A DNA stretch of 63,273 nt, filler included, from Octopus bimaculoides (GCF_001194135.2; 3 parts of 3 records of this genome joined end to end with filler, not necessarily neighbours in it); one strand, 5' to 3'; numbered from the whole stretch's first letter, positions 26,551-38,893 are shown. Numbers and translations are program-made. Notes: generated by a model not told the origin, from the sequence alone.

Positions 26551-28207
26551 TCATACATATTCATGCACATGCACGCAGTGTGTGTGTGTGTGTGTGTAGA
26601 AACTGGTTGAGGATAATAAGTAAATGTTTCGAGCATCTAGTTTTACTGCTCTACTCAGTATATACGTAAAATAATCGAAAATAGCTTATGAGGCTGAAGC
26701 GAATGCTCTGTGCATTTGGTTTCCTCTGCGTCAGGGTTGGCTAGTCCTGTTGACCTCCAGTTTCAGCTTTTAGAGGGAGCGATAAATCAGACAACAATGC
26801 AAGTAATTAAAATCCAATTAAATTCAAAATAAATCTTTATACGTTTATTTTAACGAAATCCAGTTCATTTGTGTGTATGTGTATTTCGGACCAATACTTC
26901 TTTTTTTTTTTTTAACCCTAATTTAAATATCAAATTGCAAGCTCGGCATTCTTTCGCTCTAAATCTATGATGTTCACCCATCAATATTTCTCTAATTACT
27001 TTATGGAGAGTCAAATAATTTTGGTTGAAAACTAATAAGAGAATCTCAACCACCGGATTCTGTTATTGACTGGGATAGAAATGTAAACAATCTAAGGCAA
27101 CATTCATCATTATAATGGTACAGAAACAGGTCAGACCCAATATGGTTAAGAATCTCGCCCGATGCCTCGAACAAATTGTCTAACAGAATTTAATTAAAAC
27201 TCAGAATGAGTTCAAATCCTAGCGATATTACTGCGTCAGAGAGTAGGAGAGTGATGTAATATTCCGATAAAGTATCCAAAATGCGAATGAAATTACAATA
27301 TAAAACGAAAACAAAACATGACTATAAGGGGGGAACGTTGAAGTTGTTTTGTTTTGTTTTTAATTTTTTTACATGCTACAAGACAAGGAAGTGTCAAAAA
27401 GATGTGCTGGATGATCAAGAAACTATATATATGTCAAAAAGATATACAGGGTGATTAAAAAACTATATATATATATGTATATACAAACCTGACACTGAAG
27501 ATATGAAACTGAGATTCGTCCTAGAAATTCGGTACAGCGCACGAAACATGTTGTTTTGAAAACAAATGAGCGAGAGATAGTAACAACAACTTCACTTCCG
27601 CTCTGACTATCACTATGACGGCTGGTGGTCGCAGTGGCTGTGATAAATCTTGTGATGCTGAACTGATATCGTAAGTGTGGGTGCGAGTTCAATCTCCTTC
27701 TAGAGGTTAATCGATTTTTCTTTTACCAAGTTTATTTATAAATCTATATATAGATAGACAGATATACACACGTGCAATAATTGTGTGTGTTAAGTTACTC
27801 TCTTACTGAATTCTAGAGTATGCAGTCAGCGTGAATTTCTCCAATCAGTGTCATAGAAAAGGTGATATTTCTAGCATGAACGACTGCATAACTGTTTTTA
27901 ATCTCTCGACGAAGCTATTTCACTCCACTTCCATAACTAATAGCATTGGAAATGGTTCCTTAGAAGCCATATCTTCGTATTTCTCTTAGTAAAAAAGAAA
28001 AGAAAAGAAAATTATCTGCCGTTCTAAAAGTATTGTTCTCTCTTCAAAGTAGTATCGTATTACAATTATTTTAGGCTCAGCACTGATATAACAATTTATG
28101 AAATCGGCAAACGACTCGTTGAAACAACAGACAACGCTCGCGAAACAACAGACAACGCTCGCGAAACTTTATTTCTTCACAGACAACTTTCAATGGCTAT
28201 ATTATTC

Positions 28208-28352
28208 TGTTCTGAGTTCAAACTCCGCCAAGGTCGACTTTGCCTTTCATCCTTTCGGAGTCGATAAAATAAGTACCAGTTGAACACTGGGATCGATGTA
28301 ATCGACTCATCCCCCATCCCCAAAATTGCTACCTCTGTGGCAAAACTTGAAA
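28208..28352 (+). mobile_element. tRNA-derived SINE, family A (partial)
   Basis: GAGTTCAAA(T/C)TCCGCC(G/A)AGGTCGACTTTGCCTTTCATCCTTTCGG core shared with many copies in the window. Confidence 0.9.
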
Positions 28353-28384
28353 CCATTATTATCATTATTATTGTTGTTCTCTTG

Positions 28385-28594
28385 TTTCAAATTTTGGCAC
28401 AAGGCCAGCAAGTTCGAGGGAGGAGTTAAGTCGATTACATAAATCCCAGTACTCAACTGGTACTTATTTTATCGTCCACGAAAGAATGATAGACAAAGTC
28501 GACCTCGGCAGAATTTGAACTCAGAACGTAAAGACGGACGAAATGCCGCTAAGCGGTTTGTCTGACGTTCTAACCATTCTGTCAGATTGCCGCC
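28385..28594 (-). mobile_element. tRNA-derived SINE, family A
   Basis: Reverse-strand copy: CAAAGTCGACCTCGGCAGAATTTGAACTCAGAAC on the + strand. Confidence 0.9.
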
Positions 28595-28865
28595 TTCAAT
28601 AATAATAATGATAGTAATGACGATGATGAGGATTTCTTTATTAACCATTATGGGTTTCCAAACATCATGAACGGTAGTGACTGGGCCGTCTTAGCAATAT
28701 TATAACCCCCCCCCCCTACCTCCAAGCAAATCAATGTACTGAGCCCTCTAGTTTATTTATTGACAGCAAGCCACAAGACACATAGATCAGAAGATATATT
28801 AAGTCCTGAGACCCATGAAACCTCCGGGAAACCGTCCAGTGTGACCATGCCTTAAGACGGTACTA

Positions 28866-29244
28866 TTGGCACTCCGTCGCTTACGACGTCGAGGGTTCCA
28901 GTTGATCCGATCAACGGAACAGCCTACTCGTGAAATTAACGTGCAAGTGGCTGAGCACTCCACAGACACGTGCACCCTTAACGTAGTTCTCGGGGAGATT
29001 CAGCGTGACACAGTGTGACAAGGCTGGCCTTTGAAATACAGGTACAACAGAAACAGGAAGAAATAGAGAGAGAAAGTTGTGGTGAAAGAGTACAGCATGG
29101 TTCACCACCACCCCCTGCCGGAGCCTCGTGGAGCTTTAGGTGTTTTTGCTCAATAAACACTCATAACGCCCGGTCTTGGAATCGAAACCGCGATCCTATG
29201 ACCATGAGTCCGCTGCCCTAACCACTGGGCCATTGCGCCTCCAC
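28866..29244 (-). mobile_element. tRNA-derived SINE, family C
   Basis: Head with A box TGGCCCAGTGG and B box GGTTTCGATTCC on the minus strand. Second copy at 51358-51710. Confidence 0.9.
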
Positions 29245-29721
29245 TTAGACGGTACTATATACAGGATGATACAATGCAATGTGATATAATATATGATGTA
29301 ATATGATTTGCGGTTACATGAAGACATGTAAACAGTAGAATAATAAAATAAAATAATGCTACAAAAAATTCGAATGAGAAAATTCCCCACAAAGAGGTGA
29401 GGAGATTTCCGAGGGCTGCCCGTGGAAACCCTACAAAACCACTGTCAGCTTCATCACTGAGGTAAGGGCTTTCTCCCTATCCGCCATCCTTAATTTACAG
29501 GCGCATGCTCAGAGCAGGCCTGTTCACTTGGATTATCCTCTTGTAAGAACGACCGTGCGAACCAAAAGGAGAAATGGTGACGAATGGAAAACGGGCTCCT
29601 TTTTTAAAACGCGTCACACGGTCGAACACAAAAATATAAAATGATGAATATGTTATAATTCTATAACATAGAGAATTCGTAAATGCCAGTAAGGAAGACG
29701 ATAGGACTCAACCGATAGAGA

Positions 29722-30509
29722 TGTATAACAGTAAGATTTATTGGAGCATTAAATCGTATGTCTGTGTGTGTGTGAATGCGACATAATAAAACAATATAAG
29801 ACTGGCCGTCATGTAAACAAAAGAGTGTGTGCGAGTAATACATGTATGTGAATGCGAGAGATACATAGTATTGAAGAGTCAGTAACACGTATAAGGAACT
29901 ATACCAGTTCTTAGTTAGAGTACACAGTGGTAAGTGTCTGTATATAAGAAGTTAAAGCGTTAGGGCAGAGCGATCACTCGTCGTGATGTTAGGGCTTCTA
30001 TGCCGGGCCGGGTTCTTGAATACAGATGTTCTTCGCAGGCTGAATTATGACTGTTGGTTTCGTGGTGAAGAAATCACACAAACAGGGCTGAAAAGCTGCG
30101 GTTAGCTGTTGGTAGCTTGTGTACGTGTAGAGTCATGTTGACGCTGGCGGCGATGCTGGTAGTTGTAGTTGGACGATGGTGTCGATGTCGTCGCTGGACT
30201 GGCTGGTTGGCTGGTGCTGTGTTACGCGTGTGGTCAAAACGACCAGATCTAAGATCTGAGCCGCGACGACTTGGCGGGTATAATTTAGGCTATTTATAGG
30301 AAAATAGGGGCTCCAGGAAAGCATTAGAAGAAACACTCTCACGTGACCTTATTAGGGGCTACGGTTGGTCAGTTTGCGTCCTGACGGCAATGGAGTGGAG
30401 ACAATTGCCGCGTAAATAAAAGTCAGTCAGGTAATGACACAGCAGGCTGCTCTCTGCTACGCCCACACTTGAATATATATACTAGTGGGAGAAAGTGGTG
30501 TTCACTACA
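29722..30509. mobile_element. LTR-like segment of about 790 bp
   Basis: TGTA...TACA termini. Read on minus: TATAAATAG box, AATAAA close to the end, and purine-rich GAAAGGCAGATGAGAG just before the start. The + strand also has TATATAA and AATAAA. No direct TSD found. Confidence 0.45.
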
Positions 30510-30539
30510 CTCTCATCTGCCTTTCAACAAATTCGCTGG

Positions 30540-31900
30540 AAGGCAGTACTTCCCTTTCTACCCTCACTTTCTTTTTCAAGTGTAACTTGAAAAAGTAGAT
30601 GAGGGCTCAAGAGCAGGGAGCTCCAGCTCAGTCAAACATGAACTGGGGAAAGGCTCGACAGCCAGGCGATAATACATGACGGAAACGACGTAAGTGTTCG
30701 CTACTTCTGTCCGACTTTTAAGGGATGGCTTTCTCATGTTGTCTCTGTTGTGGTGATGATAGTGTGGACAAGCTGATGTTGATTGATATGTCGCTGTTGA
30801 GAAGTGTTTCTTCCGTCTGTTTGCACCTACCAGCTTTTTTGGTTGGCATGATCGTTTTATTTACCATTTTTTCATGTTTGTTATCATTTGCTTCTCCGTC
30901 ACATTGGCCACATGACATATCTGAGTGGGACACGCCTTGGGAGTCATTGACTTCCTTTTCGGTTATTACTTACGGGCTTTCAGTTGTTGTTGTTGTTGTT
31001 GTTGTTAGTGGTGGTGGTAATATGACGGCTCTTGAAGGCAGTGTTTCTTTTGTTACTTTTACTGCTGTTGATTCCACTGTTTGATGCAGTGGATGCACGC
31101 TACCAAGGGTGTTGATGATGTTGCTAGTGATGGTGACGGTGGAGATCTTTCTCTCCTCCTTTGTTGTGCACAGAAAGCCTGGAGATGGTTTGTGTTACCA
31201 CACAAATGACACCTCGGCTTCTGCCCTCAACGGCCACGTGCACTTTTGCACTGACTGGCAGATTGATCAAGTCCAGGATAGGTTCCATACTCTTTTGTTC
31301 TGTTTGGATCTATAACTTCATCCCTTGACTCAATCAGTTTTTTTTGGGGGGGGGGGGGGTTGCAGCCTCTAGATCTGCAGAGTATTAATTTTATTCTTTG
31401 TGTCAAAGACGCCCATCTCCACCAAACAAATGTTATTTCTAGAGGCTTCCACTGTACCGTATTTATTTTCTCTCACGACATATGTTTTAGCGCTCCAGAT
31501 TGGTTTAAGATACTTTCCTATTTCTTGCTGTGTCGCTCACTCTAATTTGCAGGATTTTTTACTGCTATTATTTTATGAGTTGTAGTTTTCGGATTTGCTT
31601 TTCGTCGAATGAATTCTGGGATGTCTTATTCTACGTTTCGTTCACAACTTGTCAGAAGGTTTTTAGCACTTTTTAATTTTGATAGTTCTTTCTGTCGTAC
31701 TTCTTGTGTGAACTCGACAGCTTTGGATCTGTTAATTTGGTCCCTTGATTTTTCGTCATGTCGGCGAGTGAGAAGAAAAGTTTCCCTCTTAGATTGTCCT
31801 AATGTTTGATTATTTTTGTCTGCATTTTGTGCTATAGGGTTTTTAGAGAGAACGCCTAAATCCATTTGAGTAATTTCATCCTCTTCACGAAAGTATCCTC
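30540..31900 (-). mobile_element. Tx1/L1-like LINE remnant: ORF1 with CCHC zinc knuckle joined to a late-ORF2 fragment
   Basis: VHVAVEGR / KPRCHLCGNTNHLQAFC (C-x2-C-x4-H-x4-C at 31170-31211). Downstream, KSRTEVANTYVVSVMYYRLAVEPFPSSCLTELE near 30615-30720 resembles the post-RT region of L1/Tx1 ORF2. Confidence 0.7.
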
Positions 31901-32755
31901 ACAGGTGGTAACAACGTGCTGAAGTAGCTTGTGATTTGAAGGCACAAAAATAAAATTCTTACCTCGACTTGCAATCGGGTACCGCAGGCAGATTGTTCAA
32001 TAGTTAACACGTGTTGTCATGACCTCTCTTCGTTACGTCTCACCTCTATCGCCTACGGCATGAAACAAGAGGGAAACTTTTCTTCTCACTCGCCAACGTG
32101 ATGTCATCTCTCCCCCTTCCAGTCTTCCTTCTACTACATCGCTATTAATAGTGGTGGTCGCAGATTTGGTGATATGGTGAATGGACAGTTTGTTTTTTCT
32201 TCTTTGTTTTCTGTACTTATTCTTCTTGTTGCTGTTGTTGAATCGCTCGGTACTTATGGTGGTAGCAGTAGTGTTGCTTTCATATGTCTTTTTCACTGCG
32301 TTGTTTACATTGGTGGCTGTGATGGTTTTGTTGTTGTTAACATTGCTATCGTTCATACATCCTTTGTTAACTAATTGTAGTGGGGAATAGGTTTTGCTTT
32401 TGTATAGTCTGCTTGGAATAGCTAACTCGTGCCTGGATTTGCGAAGTAATATCGTTTTTATTTTTTTGATATGTAACTTGGCCATTAAAAGTCTCAAATT
32501 CACCTCGAAGGGAAATATTTTCACAAAGCCAACAAGCTTCAAAGAAGGTTACTTGACTTAATAACAAAATGGTACAACAAAAACCAAAATAGCTTTCTTT
32601 TTCTTTAAAACAACAAAATTCAGTAACAACTTGCGAGCTCCAAAACCATGTCTTTCACTCACGAACATAACAACACCAACAGTAATAATAGTAACTAATA
32701 ATAATTACTAATAAAGTGGTTTTCGTCACTGTTTACAATTAGCATTAAAATTATT

Positions 32756-33325
32756 GGCACTATCATGCTATTAGCTGTCAGAAGTGAAAGTGCTCACTGC
32801 TAGTGAAGTATCTGTGTGCCTGTTGCTGGGCCTGTCGATTCTTTGGCTACTGACAGCTAATACCATGACTGGCCGGAGCGAGCTGTATGTCTGTCTGTCT
32901 CTCTCTCTCTCTATCTATCTATTACTCGAAAGTTCGCGCGTCCGCGCTAGCTAGTCGTGAGTAGAAAACACAAATTTAATATAAAAACATATTTCCTGAA
33001 ATTGCAAATTATTTAAAATATAAAAATATAATTTTCAACAGAGAGAATTTATCAAAATAGAAAACAAATGANNNNNNNNNNNNNNNNNNNNNNNNNNNNN
33101 NNNNNNNNNNNNNNNNNNNNNNNNNNNNNNNNNNNNNNNNNNNNNNNNNNNNNNNNNNNNNNNNNNNNNNNNNNNNNNNNNNNNNNNNNNNNNNNNNNNN
33201 NNNNNNNNNNNNNNNNNNNNNNNNNNNNNNNNNNNNNNNNNNNNNNNNNNNNNNNNNNNNNNNNNNNNNNNNNNTCACTAGCAGTGAGCACTTTCGCTTC
33301 TGACAGCTAATAGCATGATAGTGCC
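32756..33325. mobile_element. MITE with about 51 bp TIRs and an 8 bp TSD
   Basis: GGCACTATCATGCTATTAGCTGTCAGAAG(T/C)GAAAGTGCTCACTGCTAGTGA inverted at both ends with one mismatch. AAATTATT on both flanks (32748-32755, 33326-33333). The interior contains an N gap. Confidence 0.85.
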
Positions 33326-33984
33326 AAATTATTTTTTTTAATGTATCATATAAATGTAATTTTTGACGCTGAATCCAAATTTGTTATTCATTTATTCCAG
33401 AAAAATTTTGCGAAAATGTCACAGGAGTTCAAATTTTGATAATTTTCAGCCAATCAGAAAACAGCGTGTTCGCATCAGCATGTCAAAACATTAAACTAGC
33501 TACAGTAAACAGTGAAAAACATGAAAACATTCGCGAGCAAATTGAATATTTAAAAGCTACGAACAAACCAACAGGAGTTGCTTGAAATAACAGTCAAAAC
33601 ATTAAAATATACACGAGCAAAGTTAGCATTAAAACATTCGCGAGCAAATCAACTATTAAAAAGCTACGAGCAAACCAACAAGAGTTGCTAGAAATAACAG
33701 TCAAAACATTGCTTAAATCAAACGTTTATTAGCTAAAAAGCACAAGAACGAAAGTAGGGTTAGGGTTAATTGTTTCAGAATCGTTTGTTTATGTAGTCGG
33801 CACTTAATGTATATCGGCTGAATGGACGTCAGTGATTGGTTGAAATTACAGAAATACAACTTTAACATGGAATAACTTATGGATTTCTTTTTTTTTTTTA
33901 GAAGACTAAGAGAAAAAGATGTTTTATATGACACATTCTACCAGTGTTCCAGGTTTCAAAGTGTTTCGTTAATGAAAAATGTGG

Positions 33985-34480
33985 CCCCCGTTTTAAAAAA
34001 GATCCCTTACAGCTAACAACGGACCCGGGAAATTTATTCCATGCTTCAACAATTCCGAGCGTGAAAAGCTGTTTCCGAAAGTTGTGGGTGCTCTACTGTT
34101 TGGGGGTTTTATAAGCATGTGCATGAATGGTAGAGGTATTGAAATCAAAAAGGTCGCCGAAGTTATTGCTGGAAAAATGGTGAATGAATGAATTTGTAGA
34201 TTTCTACCAAGTCAGCCGCTAGACATTGAAACTTTAGTGTGTCGATGCTCAGAGATGGAATGGGACTATTTTAATGAGCCGTGTCTGCGTCTTTATTTCT
34301 GCTCCGTGTTATATTTACATATCGCACTATTCTTTTACAATTTCAATAGTATATATGTTTCTCATACGAGCAGATACAACTGGCCCTACACTCAACAACC
34401 CTACTCTAATTTTGGTGAAAGGGACTCTGTTAGTGAACTTCCATGACCTTTTTTTACAGTACAACGTATCCGAGTATCCG
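33985..34480 (-). mobile_element. CR1/L2-type LINE 3' remnant
   Basis: LSIDTLKFQCLAADLVEIYKFI and FFTLGIVEAWNKFPGSVV resemble the CR1 ORF2 C-terminal motifs GDLIEVYK and RVVNAWNxLP. Confidence 0.6.
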
Positions 34481-35819
34481 ATTTGACAAAAAAAAAAACT
34501 GACTCCGAAAGGATAAAAGGTAAAGTTGACCTTTGTGTTCACCTTTGGACTCAAAGTGAAGAGAGCCAGTGAAATACTGCCAGAGATTGTATCCGATGCT
34601 AATGCGACTCTACTCAATCACCATCTATAACAAGCTGTATAAATGTAGGGTAAATATGAGCAAAGACAGAGTTGCAGTTCTGGAAATTTTGACCAGGTCT
34701 GCAAACCAGTTTTAAGGCATAGACATTGCATACTCTTACTACACACTCTCAAAAAATTCTGTGATCTTATGCCAAGATAAAATATCAATATTTTTACTTC
34801 TTATAGTGATGAGCCATACAAGTTATTTACAATTAACAGTTATTTACAACTAATTGACCTGAACCATTAAAAAAAATTAAGTTAATTGCTTAGTTGGGAA
34901 ATATAATATATAGCCGGTAAAAGATCGATCCCTTCACTGACTCATTCTGCAGTGTAAATGATAGTGCTGCTTTTGGGTTAAAATTCTGACAGAATCAACT
35001 CTGGTTTTTATGTTTATTCTTCGAGCTAGGAGGGAAGAAGGGCAGCAGTCGTGACGTTTTCAGGTCCTTCCATACAGATGAAATTAATATGATTGACATT
35101 CAATTTTAAATGAAAATATAATATAACTTTTACCAAATTACGATGGTCCACATGGTCTGCTGTTTATCTAATAGGTAAGAGATAAGAATCTCTCACCAAG
35201 TTAGTAATGCTGCTTTTATTTGGAATGATGAACTGCATTTACCCTGCTGTGCCTAGCAAGGTAGACCTGGCCATTTAAGAATTCAGTCTCCTGACTACAG
35301 ATAGAAAACTACCTAGAATAGGGTATGAACTGCCGATCTCTCGGCTGGTTGTCTGCAACTGTATCCTCCCAGTCACTACACAACCATATTGGATGGTAAT
35401 AGCAGAGGAAATGTAGACAAAAAGACAGTTAAAGAGGGTTATGATTTTAAAAATGAAGATTGGTTAAAGTATTTAGTGCGAGGTTTCGGAGTCAGTCAAT
35501 GTACAATGTTCTTATTAAAGAGTTTACTGTATCTTGGATGGTAGAACAGACATTCCACTTGGTTTTGTCAGATCACCAAACATGGAACGCACAAAAACAA
35601 CACTTTTAAGAGCTTGCAAAAACCCGATTAGAGAATCACAAGAATTCACCATCTGACAAATCTTTTCAATCTTTACTGGCACTACCGTTCCATTCATAAA
35701 ATATAAACTCCCACTTACAGTCCTTCAGACACTACTGCACAAAAAACCCCTAATTTACCGGAATTCACATAGAAGTAGCACCTACCAAATCCACTGTCTT
35801 CACTATGATACTTTTCTGC

Positions 35820-36020
35820 TCTAGGAACAAGGCCCGAAATTTGGGGGGAAGGGGTCAGTCGGTTACATCGACTCCAGTACGCAACTGGTATCTAATTTAT
35901 CGACCTCGAAAGGATGAAAGGCAAAGTCGACCTCGGCGGAATTTGAACTCAGAACATAAAGACAGATGAAATACCGCTAAGCATTTCGCTCGGTGTGCTA
36001 ACGATTCTGTCAGCTCGCCG
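35820..36020 (-). mobile_element. tRNA-derived SINE, family A
   Basis: Family A core on the minus strand. Confidence 0.9.
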
Positions 36021-36384
36021 ACGTGTCTTCACTATGATACTGAGCATAAACATATAACGAATAGCTTCCTAGATTTTTAGCCAAAATTCGAAACCTAGTC
36101 TGAATTTTTCCACCAATTCTTTTTTATTGCTCTCGGTTTTTGCCCTAAGAAATTTACGAGAGTCCTCTGTTACATATAGATAAGTTCTATTCTTTAACTG
36201 ACTATTTCAAGTGAAGCTTAGGTGAAGGCATATAACAGACGAAAAATATTTTGTTTAGTCTGACCTAATTTTGTTAGCAAAAATATAAGTGCGGAAACCA
36301 AGTTCGGTTCTATCGCTTCCACTTGATTCCTGGCCAAAAAGAGCACTTCACGTATGGTTTTTCTCCGTACGGCTATGCAGCTTT

Positions 36385-36600
36385 CTCCCTCTCTACTTAC
36401 TCTTTTACTTGTTTCGGTCATTTGACTGCGGCCATGTTGGAGCACCGCCTTTAGTCGAGCAAATCGACCCCAGGACTTATTCTTTGTAAGCCTAGTACTT
36501 ATTCTATCGGTCTCATTTGCCGAACCGCTAAGTTTCGGGGACGTAAACTCACCAGCATCGGTTGTCAAGCGATGTTGGGGGGACAAACACAGACACACAA
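36385..36600 (-). mobile_element. SINE, family B (partial)
   Basis: TTTGACTGCGGCCATG(T/C)TGGAGCACC...CCGAACCGCTAAGTT, shared with 45750-46130 and 46695-47064. Confidence 0.85.
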
Positions 36601-36826
36601 ACATATACACACACATACATATCTATCTATCTATCTATCTATCTATCTGTATGTTTTACCAAGTAAATAAATGTTGTTTGAGTTGTTTAGTCTGGAGTTC
36701 AGCGTTCCGTCAATTTCTTGAATTTTATAGTAGAAAGTCAGGTATACAATCTAAAGATGTATAACCCACTTGCTACTAAAACAGAATGCACCCTTTGCTT
36801 TACACTAATGAATCAGTCAGATTGAG

Positions 36827-37073
36827 GTGCAGGGAGTAAAGCTAACGCTGCAAGCAATTGTAGTTGGCCGCTTGGTGGATGAGATTGACGTGGTGTTGGG
36901 GATGGACGCCATCAACCGTCTTGGTGGCGTTAGGATTGCAGGAGATGAGGTCACGTTCGGAAGCATGGGGGCATCGTGCGCCGTGAGTCGGGACCGCCAG
37001 GGAGAGCAGAGCCCCGTCGAGGACAGCGCCGCTTACACCATCGAAGACAAAGATTTTCAGGCGGCGTTTGATG
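36827..37073 (+). mobile_element. Ty3/Gypsy-type aspartic protease C-terminal fragment
   Basis: IDVVLGMDAINRLGGVRI (retropepsin ILGxD-type motif) followed by IEDKDFQAAFD. GC-rich island ending at an N gap. Confidence 0.65.
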
Positions 37074-37173
37074 NNNNNNNNNNNNNNNNNNNNNNNNNNN
37101 NNNNNNNNNNNNNNNNNTTAATTAATTAANNNNNNNNNNNNNNNNNNNNNNNNNNNNNNNNNNNNNNNNNNNN

Positions 37174-37225
<52 letters not shown>

Positions 37226-38028
37226 CACATATACATATATATATATATACGTGGCGCTCGGACACACATACATGCATACCTTCTCTTTTCCGGATACACA
37301 CATAATATAAATATGTAGTCACAATGCTGGTGTGCTTGTCTTGAATGCGACTGATGACGCATGTGCATACTCCTTTAACGTACTTTGGTTGTAAAACTAA
37401 GTGATCACATCATTATCATAGCCATCATGTTTAGCAACATCTTTACATTTATGATACCGTCGTTGTCGTCGACATCATTATTATCATAATATCATCATCA
37501 TTATCATTATCATCACCACCAGCAACCTACTACAATAACAATAACCACACCGCCGCTGTCGCAATCCCTGACGCCGTTTCCGTCACCGACAACGATAACA
37601 AGGAAGGTTCCTCAATGCAGTTGCTCTTCCTGCTAGAAATAGCAACCGAATTTTCTTCAAACTGTTGTATCTGAAAGGTTTTTTTTTTTTTATAGGAAGT
37701 GTTCATTAGATGTGACCCTGTAGACTACTGCCTAAAAGTAGAAAAGCAAAAACAAAAACAAAAGCATTTTAAGACAAAAACAGTTAAGCATGGTAGTCAT
37801 GGCCGGTATGCCTGTGATCATAGGTCTGCTCGATTAGGGCTGATCTAGAGTTGATCGGCAACAAAAGCAACAGCGTTTCCATCTTACCGCCTCCATCTTA
37901 GCGTCTCCATCTTACCGCCTCCATCTTACCACCACCACGACGACCACCACGACGACCACCACGACCACCACCACGACCACCACCACGACCAACACGACCA
38001 CCACGACCACCACCACCGCCGCCGCCGC

Positions 38029-38066
<38 letters not shown>

Positions 38067-38275
38067 CCATCATCGTCGTCACTATCATCGTATTCAACAA
38101 CTACAAATACTGACAAGGACGACATAATTTCAGAAGAAAACATTAACCTTGCCGTTGATTTATGAAATTCCGTCGTCTCCTGATCCACCCCACTCTCTTC
38201 CGCTTTCACCCCGTCCTCCTCCTCCTCCTCCTCATCATCATCATCATTGCCATCATCCTCACTTGACGTACACAA

Positions 38276-38594
38276 ATGGATTCGTCAATGTCTTACTGGT
38301 CTATTGTGATCGCCCTCAATTGGTTTTTTCACGGGACCCTTTCAACAACGACAGGGACCCCCAGTGTAAACAACAATAGTACCAACAACACCGACACCAG
38401 CAGCGACATCATAGAGATCAAAGTCGGCGTACTCGGACTGGATTATGATGGCTACCCTTTCAGTATAGACCGAATAGGTCCGGCTATCGAACAGGGTATC
38501 GAACGGGTCAACAGTGACATGCTTAATTCCAGTTTCAAATTGACACCTGTTATCAAAGTCTACGGCCATTATTGCGCTACAGGCAAAGCACCAG
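38276..38594 (+). CDS. Natriuretic-peptide-receptor / receptor guanylyl cyclase-like protein, coding exon 1
   Basis: Signal-peptide-like MDSSMSYWSIVIALNWFFHGTLS, then IKVGVLGL...PFSIDRIGPAIEQGIERVN...YCATGKAPG (ANF-receptor ligand-binding domain start). Donor CAG|GTAAGT at 38594/38595, phase 1. Confidence 0.9.
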
Positions 38595-38670
38595 GTAAGT
38601 ACAGATAATGTTTGATCTCTTAAGAGTACATGTTGATGTTGTTATTTAAATCCCTTGTTTTTCAGACATG

Positions 38671-38893
38671 CGAGGGAAGGGGGTGCTGAAAAGTTCCTGG
38701 ATTTGGGTAAAAGAAAATACAGGAGGATCAGTAAATTATGGTTTTATTTAACATATTCCCCTCTCAGGTTCACACACTTATTGCAGCGGTCCTTCAGTTT
38801 TTCTTAGCCCTGTAAAAGAACTTGGAAGGTTGGGCCTCCAACCAGACCTTTCGCCGTACCCTTAAAACCAGGAACTTTTCAGCACTCCCTCGT
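38671..38893. mobile_element. Mariner-type MITE near the 5' end of the long receptor intron
   Basis: TIRs CGAGGG..GTGCTGAAAAGTTCCTGG and CCAGGAACTTTTCAGCACTCCCTCG. Confidence 0.8.

Noticed and set aside
28866-29244. A and B boxes as tRNA genes, also at 47064 and 51358
   Set aside because: They are heads of multi-copy SINEs that continue into SINE bodies, and I could not fold a full cloverleaf.
32033-32542. 169 aa minus-strand ORF as a host gene
   Set aside because: N/T/K-rich, no recognisable domain, stops in all frames before the nearby donor, and it adjoins the Tx1-like remnant.
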